64,000 nt of DNA from Scyliorhinus canicula (lineage: Eukaryota), in contig NC_052146.1 in assembly GCF_902713615.1 (NCBI RefSeq), positions 303,506,335 through 303,570,334 on the forward strand, written 5' to 3'. The position numbers and the translations under genes are program-made. The notes below the pieces were generated by a model, which saw nothing but the letters and a program-made list of their open reading frames with translations, was not told the origin of the DNA and did no database searches. Shown here one piece after another: positions 13,533 through 25,307 of this stretch (the stretch's first letter is position 1; the number at the start of each line of letters is the position of its first letter).

Positions 13533-13702
13533 GGGGTTGGTTTAGCACAGGGCTAAATCGCTGGCTTTGAAAGCAGACCACGGCAGGCCAGCAGCACGGT
13601 TCAATTCCAGCCTCCCCGAACAGGCGCCGGAATGTGGCGACGAGGGGCCTTTCACAGTAACTTCATTTGAAGCCTACTTGTGATAATAAGTCATTTCATT
13701 TC
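13533..13702 (+). mobile_element. Second tRNA-like SINE family
   Basis: GGGGTTGGTTTAGCACAGGGCTAAA head, GGTTCAATTCC B-box-like motif, shared tail. Confidence 0.8.
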
Positions 13703-14178
13703 ATGGAATATTCTCCACTTGCCTGGATGAGAGCAGCTCCAACAACACACAAGAAGCTCCACACCATCACTGCAGGAACCCATCAAGGTTCCTCAGACAG
13801 CACCTCCCAAACCCATGACCACTACCATTTCGAAGGACAAGAGCAGCAGATACCTGGGAACCCCACCACCTGGAGGTTCCCCTCCAAGTCACTCACCATT
13901 CTGATGGAAATATATCGCCGTTCCTTCACTGTCGCTGGAGCAACATCCTGGAATTCCCTCCCTAACAGCACAGTGGGTTTACCTACACCACATGGACTGC
14001 AGCGGTTGAAGAAGGCAGCTCACCACCACCTTCTGAAGGGTACCTAGGGATGGGCAATAAATGCTGGCCTAGCCAGCACCCACATCCCGTAAAAATAAAT
14101 ATTTTTTAAAAAATGTCAATTTTATCATTGCTTTAGTATCCACTGTATGGGCAAAACACTTTTCCTTTTCATTTCAAG

Positions 14179-14430
14179 GTTCAAGTGACTCGTATCGATC
14201 ACAGAAAACTGACACCAGAAGACAGAGAGAACATTCTGATTGTCTACGTATCGCAGACCCAAACTCTGCCAACTGCATCAAATGTAACATTTACCAGCGA
14301 GCCATTGGAATACAACAGCAATGCGAAGAATGTCAGGCACACATCCACCATCAATGTCACTGTTCCTGAGAGTGGATTTGTTAAGATTCAGGTTCCGTTG
14401 TTGCCAAACATTGTGAACTTATGGATAAAG
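14179..14430 (+). CDS. CD109: CD109-like exon (VQVTRIDHRKLTPEDREN...TVPESGFVKIQVPLLPNIVNLWIK)
   Basis: tttcAAG / GTAGAG; aligns to CD109 VKVTRADGNQLTLEERRNN...TVPQSGTFKIEFP. Confidence 0.9.
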
Positions 14431-14671
14431 GTAGAGGCTTTTTAAAAAAAAATATTTTTACAGGATGGGGTCTCCGTTGGCTAGGCCAGGGTTTGTTACC
14501 CACCCCTAGACCCTCTTAAACCATTTCTCATTCTCTCTCACACTCACATTTACATACACTCACAAACTCACTGACACAATCACACACACACTCATACATA
14601 CGCACACCCACACGCACACTCAAACATAGGCACACATATTAACTCACACAGAGATGCATTTCCTTCATTCA

Positions 14672-15170
14672 GGGGCGGCACAGTAGCACAGTGGTTAGCA
14701 CTGTTGCTTCACAGTGCCAGGGACACGGGTTTGATTCCCAGCTTGAGTCACTGTCTGCGGAGCCTGCACGTTCTCCGCATGTCTGCGTGGGTTTCCTCCG
14801 GGCGCTCCGGTTTCCTCCCACAAGTCCCGAAAGACGTGCTGGTAGATAATTTGGATATTTCTGAATTCTCCTTCCATGTAAACCATCCTCTGGGGCTGGC
14901 TTAGCACAGTAGGCTAAACAGCTGGCTTGTAATGCAGAAAAAGACCAGCAGCACAGGTTCCATTCCCGTACCGGTCTCCCTGAACAGGTACCGGAATGTG
15001 GCGACTAGGGGCTTTTCACAGCTACTACATTGAAGCCTACTTGTGACAATAAGCGATTATTATTATGTACTTGAACAGGCGCCAGAATGTGGCGACTAGG
15101 GGATTTTCACAGTAACTTCATTGCAGTGTTAATGTAAGTCTACTTGTGACAATAAAAAGATAATTATTAT
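14672..15170 (+). mobile_element. Composite SINE: V-SINE head with alternative tail, plus nested second-family SINE (14891-15066)
   Basis: HE1 head then CAAGTCCCGAAAGACGTG; two consecutive CACAG(T/C)...TTGTGACAATAA tails. Confidence 0.8.
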
Positions 15171-15722
15171 TCACAGATGATCATTCACCACACACTTACA
15201 CATGCTTACACAGTATGTACATACACACACTGACACACACACAGTCACACTTAAACTTAAACCCGTACACAGGTTTGCACATACAGAGACACAAACACAG
15301 TCTAACTCACACACAGATAGAAACACACGTGCCCGCAAAGTACAGATGTGTGGAGGCTCACACGGAAGGCAGAAAGTATTAAATAAATTCATATTTCTTA
15401 ACGATTCAGTGGAGCACAAATGAAACTACATTCCAATTTGCAAAACTTTGTCAGTCTTACACTAAGAAAATGCCCATAGACACAACCCGTCCCCTCGCTG
15501 TTGACTGGAAACTGATAGAAGCTAACACTGTATATTATGCATTTCACAGTTGTAACCCAGACAACGTCAAGATAAAGAATTGTTGGATGTAAAATCCTCA
15601 CATTGGTCGGTTAATTCATTCGCTTAGTAAAGAATAAAGTAGCGTCAGTAGAATCTGGGGCTTCAGACACAGGTGGAAAATGTACACAATGTGACTGACT
15701 GTGGTGCTAAAATTCACAACAG

Positions 15723-15824
15723 GTTACATTTGAGAAAGCAGTGGAACATATTTCGGTGTACCAGAACGAACAATTGTCCAGGAGACCATTTATTCAGCTT
15801 CAAACAATGAGTTTTGATGTCAAG
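15723..15824 (+). CDS. CD109: CD109-like exon (VTFEKAVEHISVYQNEQLSRRPFIQLQTMSFDVK)
   Basis: aaCAG / GTAATA; 34 codons, FIQL matches CD109 YIQL. Confidence 0.85.
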
Positions 15825-15922
15825 GTAATATGTCTAACTATTCATAATCATCAGAGAATTGCATGCAGTTGATCTCAGCAGCTTAATATTAAAGTGTGTT
15901 AATAAGCTTTCTTTATTTTGAG

Positions 15923-15985
15923 GTGGGGCTGCCGTTTGAAGTCTCCATTGAAGGTTCGGAGGTATTGAACGAGATGACCTATCAG
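15923..15985 (+). CDS. CD109: CD109-like exon (VGLPFEVSIEGSEVLNEMTYQ)
   Basis: Matches CD109 VGSPFELVVSGNKRLKELSYM; uncommon tttGAG acceptor, GTGATT donor. Confidence 0.82.
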
Positions 15986-16045
15986 GTGATTTATCAGTAA
16001 TTTATTATTTTAATGGAAAGGTTCATATGTGTAGGAAGGTATCTC

Positions 16046-16777
16046 GGGCGCGATTCTCCCAAACAGGGAGAAATCGTAAGGCTGGCGTCAAAAACGGGCG
16101 GGTTTGACGCCAGCCTCCCCCCCGACCGGAAACCGATTCTGGTCCCCGGTCGGGGCTAGCATGCCGCGGCCGTGAACTCCGGCATCGCGGGCTTAACGAA
16201 TTTCATTAAGCCCGCTTGCCAGAGTTTGCGACGGCTGACGCGTCACATGACATCAGCCGCGCATGCGCGGATTGGAAGACTCCAACCCGCGCATGCGCGG
16301 ATGACATCATCGCGCATTTGCACGAAACCCGCGCATGCGCGGGCCGGGATGCCCCTCAGCCGCCCCGCGAATGGATACAGCGGGGCGGCGGAAGGACAAA
16401 GAGTGCGCGGGAATCGGACCCGCTGCCCGCGATCGGTGCCCATCGATCGCGGGCCCATGGCACCCTTGGCACGGCCGTGGTACTGCCGTGCCAATCGGTG
16501 CCATGGTTGCCAAGATCCGAACTTTACGGCCGTTTTTACGAACGGCCAGACCAGGTGTGTTTGCCGTTCGTAAAAACGGCCGTAAAGGGCTTGGACTTCG
16601 GCCCATCGGCCAGCTGAGAATCGCTGCTCACTGTAAAAAAACGGCGGCAGCGATTCGTGTCGGGAGGCGGGCGTGGGGGGTGGGAAGAATAGCGGGAGGG
16701 CGTCAGACTAGCGTGGCTGTAAAAATTTACGACCCCCGCTATTCTCCGCACCGTCATGAGTGCGGAGAATTTCGCCC
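16046..16777. mobile_element. PIF/Harbinger-like MITE
   Basis: TIRs GGGCGCGATTCTCC / GGAGAATTTCGCCC; perfect 3-bp TSD CTC. Confidence 0.85.
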
Positions 16778-16970
16778 CTCACTTCTGAGAGAGATTACAA
16801 TAGTCAACAAATGGTGTTAATGTGGACAAACACAGAAAACAATGTGGTGAATCCCTGGTTAATCTGTATTTGGTGAAGTTGGTTGAAAAGGGGAGGTTAG
16901 ACAACCTTTGTAATTGGCAGAATACAGATTGTACTCAACCAGACTACGTTTGCAAAACCCAAAACACAAT

Positions 16971-17158
16971 GGATGGGATTCTCCGTCCCGCCAGACCCAT
17001 TTTCGGGCGCGGCGTGCCTTCACCGGCAGCGGGATTCTCCGTCCCGCCAGCTGGCCAATGAGGTTTCTATTGTCGGCACCTCCACATTGTTGTGAAATCC
17101 ACGGGCGTGAGTGCGCCTCTGGCGAAACGGATGATCCGGCCAATGGAGAACCCAGCCC
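16971..17158. mobile_element. Short PIF/Harbinger-like MITE
   Basis: TIRs GGATGGGATTCTCC / GGAGAACCCAGCCC; TSD AAT. Confidence 0.8.
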
Positions 17159-17748
17159 AATGTCTACTGCAATTCTGCACGTGCTGAACAATTCTGAGTG
17201 CGCTAATAGTTACATCAGCAACCAATTTCATATAATCTGTTGAGCAAATAATGTGGCTCATTTATACTGGCTTGAGGTGACATACATTCAGATGCTGGGA
17301 CCAGTTCTCTGCAAACAAAAGGAACATACTCAAACCTTGAACTACCAAGGGGCTTGGGAGCCTATAATTCCCCATTATTTTTATGTTAACATGCTATATA
17401 AATGCAAGTTGTTGTTGAAGTCTCAAATCCACCCCACCCCAACCACGCAGACTGGCTCCTCCACCAATGTTAGCTTTGGAAATGAGGTAGTTGGCAATTC
17501 TCCCCTTGAGGCAGTTCCCCAATACTGCATTGCTTTGTTCCCTGTTCTATTCATTTCCTGATGGATTTATTGCCAGAAGACTGGAGCTCCGAGAAGAGTT
17601 CCGTAGACACCATTTGTTTAGTGCTGAATTCTAAAATATTTTTATGAGGTGTTAATTGGTGGAATATGGATAAACAGTTGTCAGCGTGAGACTGGAGCAC
17701 ATTGGGAGTATATCCAGTTACCTGTCCTTTTCCTGCCTGCTCCCTCAG

Positions 17749-17925
17749 GTTGTATCAAGGGGACAAGTGGTATTCACTGGAAAAAGTCACCTCACCACAA
17801 TCAAACTGACGCCGGAACGTTCTTGGGCACCTTCAGCCAGCCTCCTTGTCTACTACATTGCAGAAGATGGTCAGATTGTCAGTGATGCTTTGATGCTGAA
17901 TGTGGAAGGCATCTTTGGAAACAAG
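17749..17925 (+). CDS. CD109: CD109-like exon (VVSRGQVVFTGK...LTPERSWAPSASLLVYYIAEDGQIVSDALMLNVEGIFGNK)
   Basis: cctCAG / GTGAGA; strong match to CD109 VVSRGQ...LTPENSWTP...VYYIEDDGEIISD. Confidence 0.95.
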
Positions 17926-18046
17926 GTGAGAGAATTCATTTCTGCCTAAACTTATTTGTGGGAGCGGGACAGTTACAGAAATGCAGAGTTCAGAGTTCCT
18001 TCTGCAGGAATTCCACTATTGGTCAATTCTGAATTAACATGGTCAC

Positions 18047-18522
18047 TATTTTGTTATGCTCTAGACGTAGCATAAGCTGCTTCCTTGATGTGCACTCTGA
18101 CAAAGGAAGGTTCAGACTTGGAGATAGCTTTAACACATTTATTAAACTGTTAACAACTCTCCTACTTGGATTCTATTCTCCTGTTAATCCTGCTGTAGCT
18201 ACTCAGACTGACGAACCAGTCTGCTACAATCCACGTGGTGGGTGTAATGTGTTTCAAATCAACCCTGTGTACTCACTGAGAGTCTCCACTGATAAAAGGA
18301 AGATCATGTGTGCTGTGTCCTTTTATATGGGTTGGTGTAATGCCCTCCTGTGGTAGTGTCACCTCTTTGTGTATCTTGAATGCCCATTGGTCATGTCCTA
18401 TCTTACTGACCTATTGGTTGAATGTCTGTGTGTCATGTCTCTGGTGCTCCCTCTAGTGTCTATCTAGTCTACGTGTATTTACATTAACCCCTTGTGTATT
18501 TACAGTGATGCATATCACCACA
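18047..18522 (-). mobile_element. Solo LTR (~476 bp)
   Basis: TGTGGTG...AAAATA on minus strand (terminal CA mutated); perfect 5-bp TSD GTCAC; inverted copy at 31187-31664. Confidence 0.85.
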
Positions 18523-18804
18523 GTCACTGTGGTTGTCTGTATTCCTTCCTTGGACAAGTCAATTCTTAGACTTTGTCTGAGCAGCACTTTTCCGGCTTTG
18601 TGTTCCCCATCCCTCTGTTGGACCTGACCCTGAAAGATATTCCAATTGTTCCCATTCTTGAAATATGCCTCGGCCATCTCAGTTGTCTTTCGAGCATTTC
18701 ATTACATTAAATAACTAAAAGACTTCTCATACCTTGAGACACATTACATTAAAGGTGGTGCGTAAATGCAAATGGAAATGTAACAATTATCTTGATTGGT
18801 GCAG

Positions 18805-18957
18805 GTCTCATTGTCCTGGAGCGAGGATCAAGTCAAGCCAGCCGATAATGTCTCTCTCCGTGTCTCCACTAGTGAAGAACAATCGTTTATTGGGCTCTTA
18901 GTGGTGGACAAGAGTGTTCAACTGCTCGAGGGAGGGAATGACCTCACAGAGGAGATG
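18805..18957 (+). CDS. CD109: CD109-like exon (VSLSWSEDQVKPADNVSLRVS...VVDKSVQLLEGGNDLTEEM)
   Basis: gtgCAG / GTAAGC; VDKSV.L...ND motif. Confidence 0.95.
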
Positions 18958-20445
18958 GTAAGCGCTGATTAAAATAACTTTGAGAAACCTGATCACTGTG
19001 TCCTACAAATATTTGGCAGAGGCTGAGCAATAACTTAGCAATAACTATTAGCCTTTCAACAGTCAATTTATCTGAAACAGGAAATGATGAGATGTTTCAA
19101 GTTACAGGTCAGGGTTTTCAGAATAAGTCCCATTTCCTTTTTTGTTAGATGGGATTTTTTTTCAATGTTCTTAGGATTCGCTTTCCATAGAAACCACAAA
19201 ACTACGGCTGGCGGTTGTATACAAATGTATCTTGATCGCATCTATATCTGCACAAACTTTCCACATCAATAAGTGCAAAACAACAGGCAGTTGACAGGTA
19301 TTACAAAGAACAAAGAGCAATACAGCACAGGAACAGGCCCTTCGGCCCTCCAAGCCTGTACCAGTCATGATCCCACCCTTGGCCAAAACCCTCAGCGCTT
19401 CCCAGAGCCGTATCCCTCTATACTCACCCAATCCATGTATTTGTCGAGATGTCTTTTGAAGGCATATTGTCGAAGGTTAATACAATTTGGTATCACAAGT
19501 GAAGCAAACATTGCACCTGTAAAAATGCTAAGAAACTACAAGGTATGGCACACAAACAAAAATGTTTTAAAATCTTAATATCAGAGCTTCGCCATTCAGG
19601 GGTTATGTGAGGAAGCACTTCTTCACACAGAGGGAAGTTTTTCTTCATTCTTTCACAGGATGTGGGCTTCGCTAGCTAGGCTAGCATTTTTTACCCAACC
19701 CTAATTGTCCTTGAGAAGGTGGTGGTGAGCTGCCTTCTTGAGCTGCTGCCGTTCCTGTGGTGTAGGTGCACCCACAGTGCTGTTAGGGAGGGAGTTCCAG
19801 GGATTTGGCCCTGCAACGTTGAAGATCACTGGGACACTTGCCACCCCACCCACCCCTCCCTCCGTCCACAGAGAGCTGCTGTGGATGGGGAGCTAAATGA
19901 AATTTGCCACACTTGAGATTGAAAGCTTTTCTATTATGCATTGCCAGAATTAAGTTGGATAAATGGAGTTTTGATACAGATCTGGCCTGAGCTAAGTGAA
20001 TGGTGGAGCAGCCATAAATTGCCCCTTAATTGGAAAAAAGAATTGGGTATTCTAAATTTATAAAAAAAACGAGAGGCTGATGGGTCCATTATTCTTGTCA
20101 CTGATAGGTGACATGGACTGAAAGCAGCCAAGGTCACTCAGTAGGCTACATTATACAAATGATCTTTGAGTGATGAAAGAAATTAAGACACAGCAAAGTA
20201 ATTTATAAATACTAAAGAAAGATAGAAAGGTCAAAGATTTGAAGTCAGTGAAAGGAGAGGGGGTAGGAGGAATAAAAAGAGAAGTCTGCAATAGGGTGGA
20301 GGGCAGCGGAAATTAAATAACACATAAATTCACGATTCAACAGTGAAAGAGAATGGGTATAGTAAAGAAACAAACGTTGTGTCCAAGTGAGGCAGGAATG
20401 GCTAAACAACAGCCATCTGAGTGCAACATGAAGGGATAAAAAACA

Positions 20446-20712
20446 GGGCAGCACGGTGGCACAGTGGGTTAGAACTGCTGCCTCAGGGCAGCACAGTGGC
20501 GCAGTGGTTAGCCCTGCTGCCTCACGGCGCTGAGGCCCCAGGTTCGATCCTGGCTCTGGGTCACCGTCTGTGCGGAGTTTGCACCTTTGCCCTGTGTTTG
20601 TGTGGGTTTCGCCCCAGAACCCAAAAATGTGCAGGCTAGGTGGACTGGCCACGCTAAATTGTCTCTTAATTGGAAAAAATGAATTGAGTACTCTAAATTT
20701 ATAAACAAAAAA
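20446..20712 (+). mobile_element. V-SINE (HE1-like) with tandemly duplicated head
   Basis: GGGCAGCACGGTGGCACAGTGGGTTAG...CCTCA repeated twice before the V-domain. Confidence 0.85.
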
Positions 20713-20824
20713 TGAAGGGATTAAAAAAACATATAGAATAAGATGGAGGTAGGGGTTGTGATCAAAAGTTATTGGGGTCACTGTTGGGTCTAGAAGGCTG
20801 TGGAGAGGCTAGTCAAAAGATGAG

Positions 20825-21478
20825 GGCCGGGATTCTCCCCTACCCGGTGGGGTGGGGGGTCCCGGCATGATGGAGTGGCGTGAACCTTTAGGGGCCAAGC
20901 CCTAACATTGACGGCTAGGCCCGCGCCGGAGTGGTTAGCGCTCCGCCGGCTGGCGTGGAAGGCCATTGGCGCCACGCCAGCCGGGGCCAAAGGGACTTTG
21001 CCGGCCGGCGGAAGTCCGCGCGTGCGCCGGAGCGTCAGCGGCTGCTGAGGGGGTCACTTCTGCCTCCGCCATGGTGAAGACTATGGTGAAGGCTGAAGGA
21101 AAAGAGTGCCCCCACGGCACAGGCCCGCCCGCCGATCGGTGGGCCCCGATCACGGGCCAGGCCACCGTGGGGGCACCGCCCGGGGCCAGATTGCCCCGCG
21201 CCCTCCCCAGGACCCCGGAGCCCGCCCGCGCCGCCTGCTCCCGCCGGTAAGGTAGGTAGTTTGATCGACGCCGGCGGAAACAGAATGACAGCGGCGGGAC
21301 TTCGGCTCATCGCGGGCCGGAGAAGCACCGGGGGGGGGGGGGGGTCGCTGACCAGCGCAGAGTGATTCCCGCCCCCACCGAATCTCCAGTGCCGGAGAAT
21401 TCGGGACACGGCGGGGGAGGGATTGACGCTAGCCCCCGGCGATTCTCTGACCCGGCGGGGAGTCGGAGAATCCCGCCC
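20825..21478. mobile_element. PIF/Harbinger-like MITE
   Basis: TIRs GGCCGGGATTCTCC / GGAGAATCCCGCCC; TSD GAG/CAG; homologous to 1-647 and 36797-37157. Confidence 0.85.
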
Positions 21479-22023
21479 CAGGTACTGTTCCTCAAGCTTG
21501 CATTGAGCTTCACTGAAACACTGCAGCAGGTCAAGGACAGCAAGGTCAGGGCGAAAGCAAAGTGAAAAATTAAAATGACAGACAACAGCTGTTAGGAAAT
21601 AGATAGGGTTTTCGGTAATTCATATTTGTGTTTGCATGTGCTGTTTGTTTGTATATCCGCATTAAAACATGCCTGCATTTTACTGTGGTTTTATGATGCC
21701 AAAACAAACACAGTGTTTAAAGAACAGGGTTTTTGCTGAGCAACAGAGAGGCCTCAGAGGAACAAAAGACAGTTTGAAGTTCAGTTGGTCATTATGCTCT
21801 AAGGTTAAGGGAGCAATATATGCCTCTACCTTAGATGAATTATTCAAAAGTGAAGGTAACAGTGAGTGTCAAGTGAGTTTAGATTCTTAGAATTTACAGT
21901 GCAGATGGAGGCCATTCAGCCCGTGGAATCTGCACCGGCACTTGGAAAGAGTACACTACTTAAGCATCAGGGAGAATTAATGAGAAATCTGTAGAAGTTG
22001 TTTTGGGTAGCAACTGTTACTTA

Positions 22024-22194
22024 GGCTCGAATTTTCCAGCCTTTCCCACGCATGGCATGTTCCAGCAGTGACAGGTGCATGCAATGGGAAACCCCATTGG
22101 CAGCAGCAGGACCAGAAGATCCTGCTGCCAGCCAATGGCAGGCCACTTCTGTTGCTGTGAAACATATTGCTGGTGTGTGTGGAAGATCCCACCC
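22024..22194. mobile_element. Old short MITE of the same TIR family
   Basis: GGCTCGAATTTTCC...GGAAGATCCCACCC; TSD not recognisable. Confidence 0.55.
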
Positions 22195-22598
22195 ATGGTT
22201 TCAGAGTGTGATGTGTCTGACCACAGACCACTTATTAATTTACAGGGACTGTGTACTTAACTGTGAGCACTAGAGAATAACATAGCTTTTGTAACTTGTG
22301 TCATTCTTTGTGGTAGTATGACTAGGTATTACAGTACCTGGGAGTGTGAGCTGCCATTGGTGCAGAGGGCTTGCTACCCATTGGCCCAATTATTGTGTTC
22401 TCTGTATTCGTATTGGCCAAGAAGGTAGCTCCGCTTACGAGGCGGGGTATAAGAACCCGTGTTCCCCTGCAGCCAGGCCATTTCTTTACGTCTGCTGCTG
22501 GGCTCACTTCTTGCTGATTAAAGCCTTTCGTTTCGGACTTCACCTACGTTTCGTGTCCATTGATTGTGCATCAATTTAATCAGCAAGATTATTAAAGG

Positions 22599-23576
22599 AT
22601 GGAGCTCCGCATCAAGCCAGCGTGTCTTCGACTCAGCCCCCATGCAGCGAATGCAACAGCCGCATTTAAGCACTGGCTGGCTTGCTTCAACAGTTACCTT
22701 AGAACGGCGGAAAATGTCCCGACGAAGGAGCAGAAACTGCACATCCTCCACTCGTGCATCGGCACTGCCATATGCACGCTCATAGAGGACATGACAGACT
22801 ATGACGCGGCTATGGACTTGCTCAAAAGACATTTCATACGGCTGGTAAACCAAGTCTACACTCGGCACTTACTAGGCACAAGGCAGCAGATACCTGGTGA
22901 ATCACTGGACGATTTTTACCGTGCTCTCCTCGTGCTGGGAAGGAACTGCGGCTGCCCACAGGTGTCTGCTGCTGAGCATACTGAACTCCTAATTCGAGAC
23001 GCCTTCGTTGCAGACATGCAGTCCTCACAAATCCACCAAAGACTGTTGGAGAGAGAAACTTTAAGCCTCACGGAGGCACAGGCCCTCGCCTCCTCCCTAG
23101 ACGTTGCGAACCGAAACGCACGCTCGTACGCTCCCGAACACACGACGGCCGCCTGGGCAGCATGGAACCCCTCCTCTCTCTCCCCCACGGACTTGGACCC
23201 CCCCCAGGCCTGCATTGCAGGGTGCCCCGAAAAACCAGCGGGGCCCCATTGCTATTTCTGCGGCCAGGCGAAGCACCCCCGTCAGCGCTGCCTGGCCCGT
23301 TCCGCAACCTGCAAGGGCTGCGGGAAGAAAGGCCACTTTGTGGCCGTTTGCCAGGCAAAGGCGGTTCTTGTGGTCCCAAGCAGCGACTGTGGGCCTCCCC
23401 CCTCGCTCTCTTCAGGGGCTCCGTGCGGCCCGCGGACCTCGCTGCCCCCATCCCCCAACACCACGTGCGATCTCCGGGCGCCACCATTTTACGCCCCAAT
23501 GCCATGTGCGACCTCCGACTCCACGTGCAGGAAACGAGCGTCGCCATTTTGTCCACCCCCCATCACGTGCGGCTGA
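22599..23576 (+). CDS. Gypsy Gag with two CCHC zinc knuckles (CYFCGQAKHPRQRC, CKGCGKKGHFVAVC)
   Basis: 325-aa ORF starting 25 nt after the 5' LTR; Q.PGESLDDF..L and LIRDAFV gag motifs. Confidence 0.85.
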   Translation: MELRIKPACLRLSPHAANATAAFKHWLACFNSYLRTAENVPTKEQKLHILHSCIGTAICTLIEDMTDYDAAMDLLKRHFIRLVNQVYTRHLLGTRQQIPGESLDDFYRALLVLGRNCGCPQVSAAEHTELLIRDAFVADMQSSQIHQRLLERETLSLTEAQALASSLDVANRNARSYAPEHTTAAWAAWNPSSLSPTDLDPPQACIAGCPEKPAGPHCYFCGQAKHPRQRCLARSATCKGCGKKGHFVAVCQAKAVLVVPSSDCGPPPSLSSGAPCGPRTSLPPSPNTTCDLRAPPFYAPMPCATSDSTCRKRASPFCPPPITCG

Positions 23577-23729
23577 CAGGTGCCGCCATCTTGGATCGGC
23601 TCCGAGGACCCCGCGGGTGACTACTCCCTGCCTGATGAAGACTCCGACTATCTGCCACGACTCGCTTCAGTCACACTGGATCAGTCTCGGCCCCGTACCC
23701 TCTCCACAGCGACCACAAAGATTTTACTC

Positions 23730-25307
23730 AAAGGCCATGATGCGAGCTATCGACGAGTCCCTCCCCTTCCACGTTGAGAGCAACGCACCCGATGTAGCTC
23801 TGACAGCCACCCTCAACCAAGCGGGCAGACCCGTGGCCTTCTTCTCCCGTACCCTCCACGCTTCCGAAATCCGCCACTCCTCGGTCGAGAAGGAAGTACA
23901 GGCCATAGTAGAAGCTGTGCGACACTGGAGGCACTATATGGCCGGCAGGAGGTTCACCCTCCTCACAGACCAACAGTCAGTGGCCTTCATTTTCGACAAC
24001 GCACAGAGGGGCAAGATAAAGAACGATAAGATCTTGCGGTGGAGGATCGAATTGTCCACCTACAACTACAACATCTTGTATCGTCCCGGGAAGCTAAATG
24101 ACCCTCCCGATGCCCTGTCCCGCGGCACCTGTGCCAACACACAAGTGGACCGCCGCCGAACTCTCCACGCGGACCTCTGCCACCTGGGGGTCACCCGCTT
24201 TTTTCACTTTGTAAAGACCCGCAACCTGCCCTACTCCATCGAGGAGGTCAGGACAGTTTCTAGGGATTGCCACATCTGCGCGGAGTGCAAGCCGCACTTC
24301 TACCGCCCTGAACAAGCGAATCTGATTAAAGCTTCCTGCCCCTTTGAACGCCTCAGCATGGACTTCAAAGGTCCCCTCCCCTCCAACAACCGCAACACGT
24401 ACTTCCTCAACGTGATTGACGAGTACTCCCACTTCCCATTCGCCATCCCCTGCCCTGACATGACCACACTCACCATCATTAAAGCCCTTCACACCATTTT
24501 CTCCCTGTTCGGATTCCCCCCGTACATTCACAGCGATAGGGAGTCCTCCTTTATTAGTGACTAACTGCGTCAATTCCTGCTCAGCAGGGGCATCGCCTCC
24601 AGCAGGACGACCAGTTACAACCCCCGGGTAACGGGCAGGTCGAGAGGGAGAACGGGATGGTCTGGAAGACCGTCCTGCTGGCCCTACGGTCCAGAAATCT
24701 CCCAGTCTCCCGCTGGCAAGAGGTTCTCCCAGACGCCCTCCACTCAATCCGGTCACGACTTTGCACATCCACTAATCAAACGCCTCACGAATGCTTTCTT
24801 GTTTTTCCCAGGAAGTCTTCCTCAGGGACCGCGCTCCCGAACTGGCTGGCTACCCCCGGGCCCATCCTGCTCCGGAAACACGTGCGGGTACACAAGTCGG
24901 ACCCGTTGGTCGAGAGGGTCCAGCTGCTCCACGCAAACCCGCAGTATGCGTATGTGGAGTATCCCGACGGCCGACAGGACACGGTCTTCCTATGGGACCT
25001 AGCACCCGCCGGATCCCCACCATTGCTGCCGGTGCCAGCCCCCCCAACCACCCCCCAACTGCAACTACTCCCAGCAGGCGCTCCCCTCCCTGGCCCGCCG
25101 ACACCCTTACACGCGCTGCCGAGAGGACCGGACGCCCCTCCCCCGGCCCGGCCCTCGCCAGGTCCGACTAGGGGTACGGACGCAGCCACAAGGACCGGAT
25201 CATCACTCCCGGAGATCATGGATGCCCGCAACTCCAACATCTCCAGCGAAGCTCCGCAGGTCGCACAGACGTCCAAGGCCCCCAATCGGCTGATCGAGTC
25301 TATGTGA
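23730..25307 (+). pseudogene. Disrupted Gypsy pol remnant: RNase H + integrase (no protease/RT)
   Basis: ESNAPDVAL..RPVAFFSRTL..EKE..AIV..LTDQ RNase H; H..LCH...CHIC zinc finger; MDFKG/HSD DDE core; stop at 24562 and frameshift near 24630. Confidence 0.88.

Larger units (their letters stand above)
9230..14095 (+). mobile_element. Degenerate L2/CR1-like LINE ORF2 (APE endonuclease + RT) with nested SINEs and an L1 insertion
   Basis: Fragments PDIVILTESYL, SDH, ALDIKAAFD, GVPQ..LGP, MFTDD across frameshifted ORFs. Confidence 0.8.
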
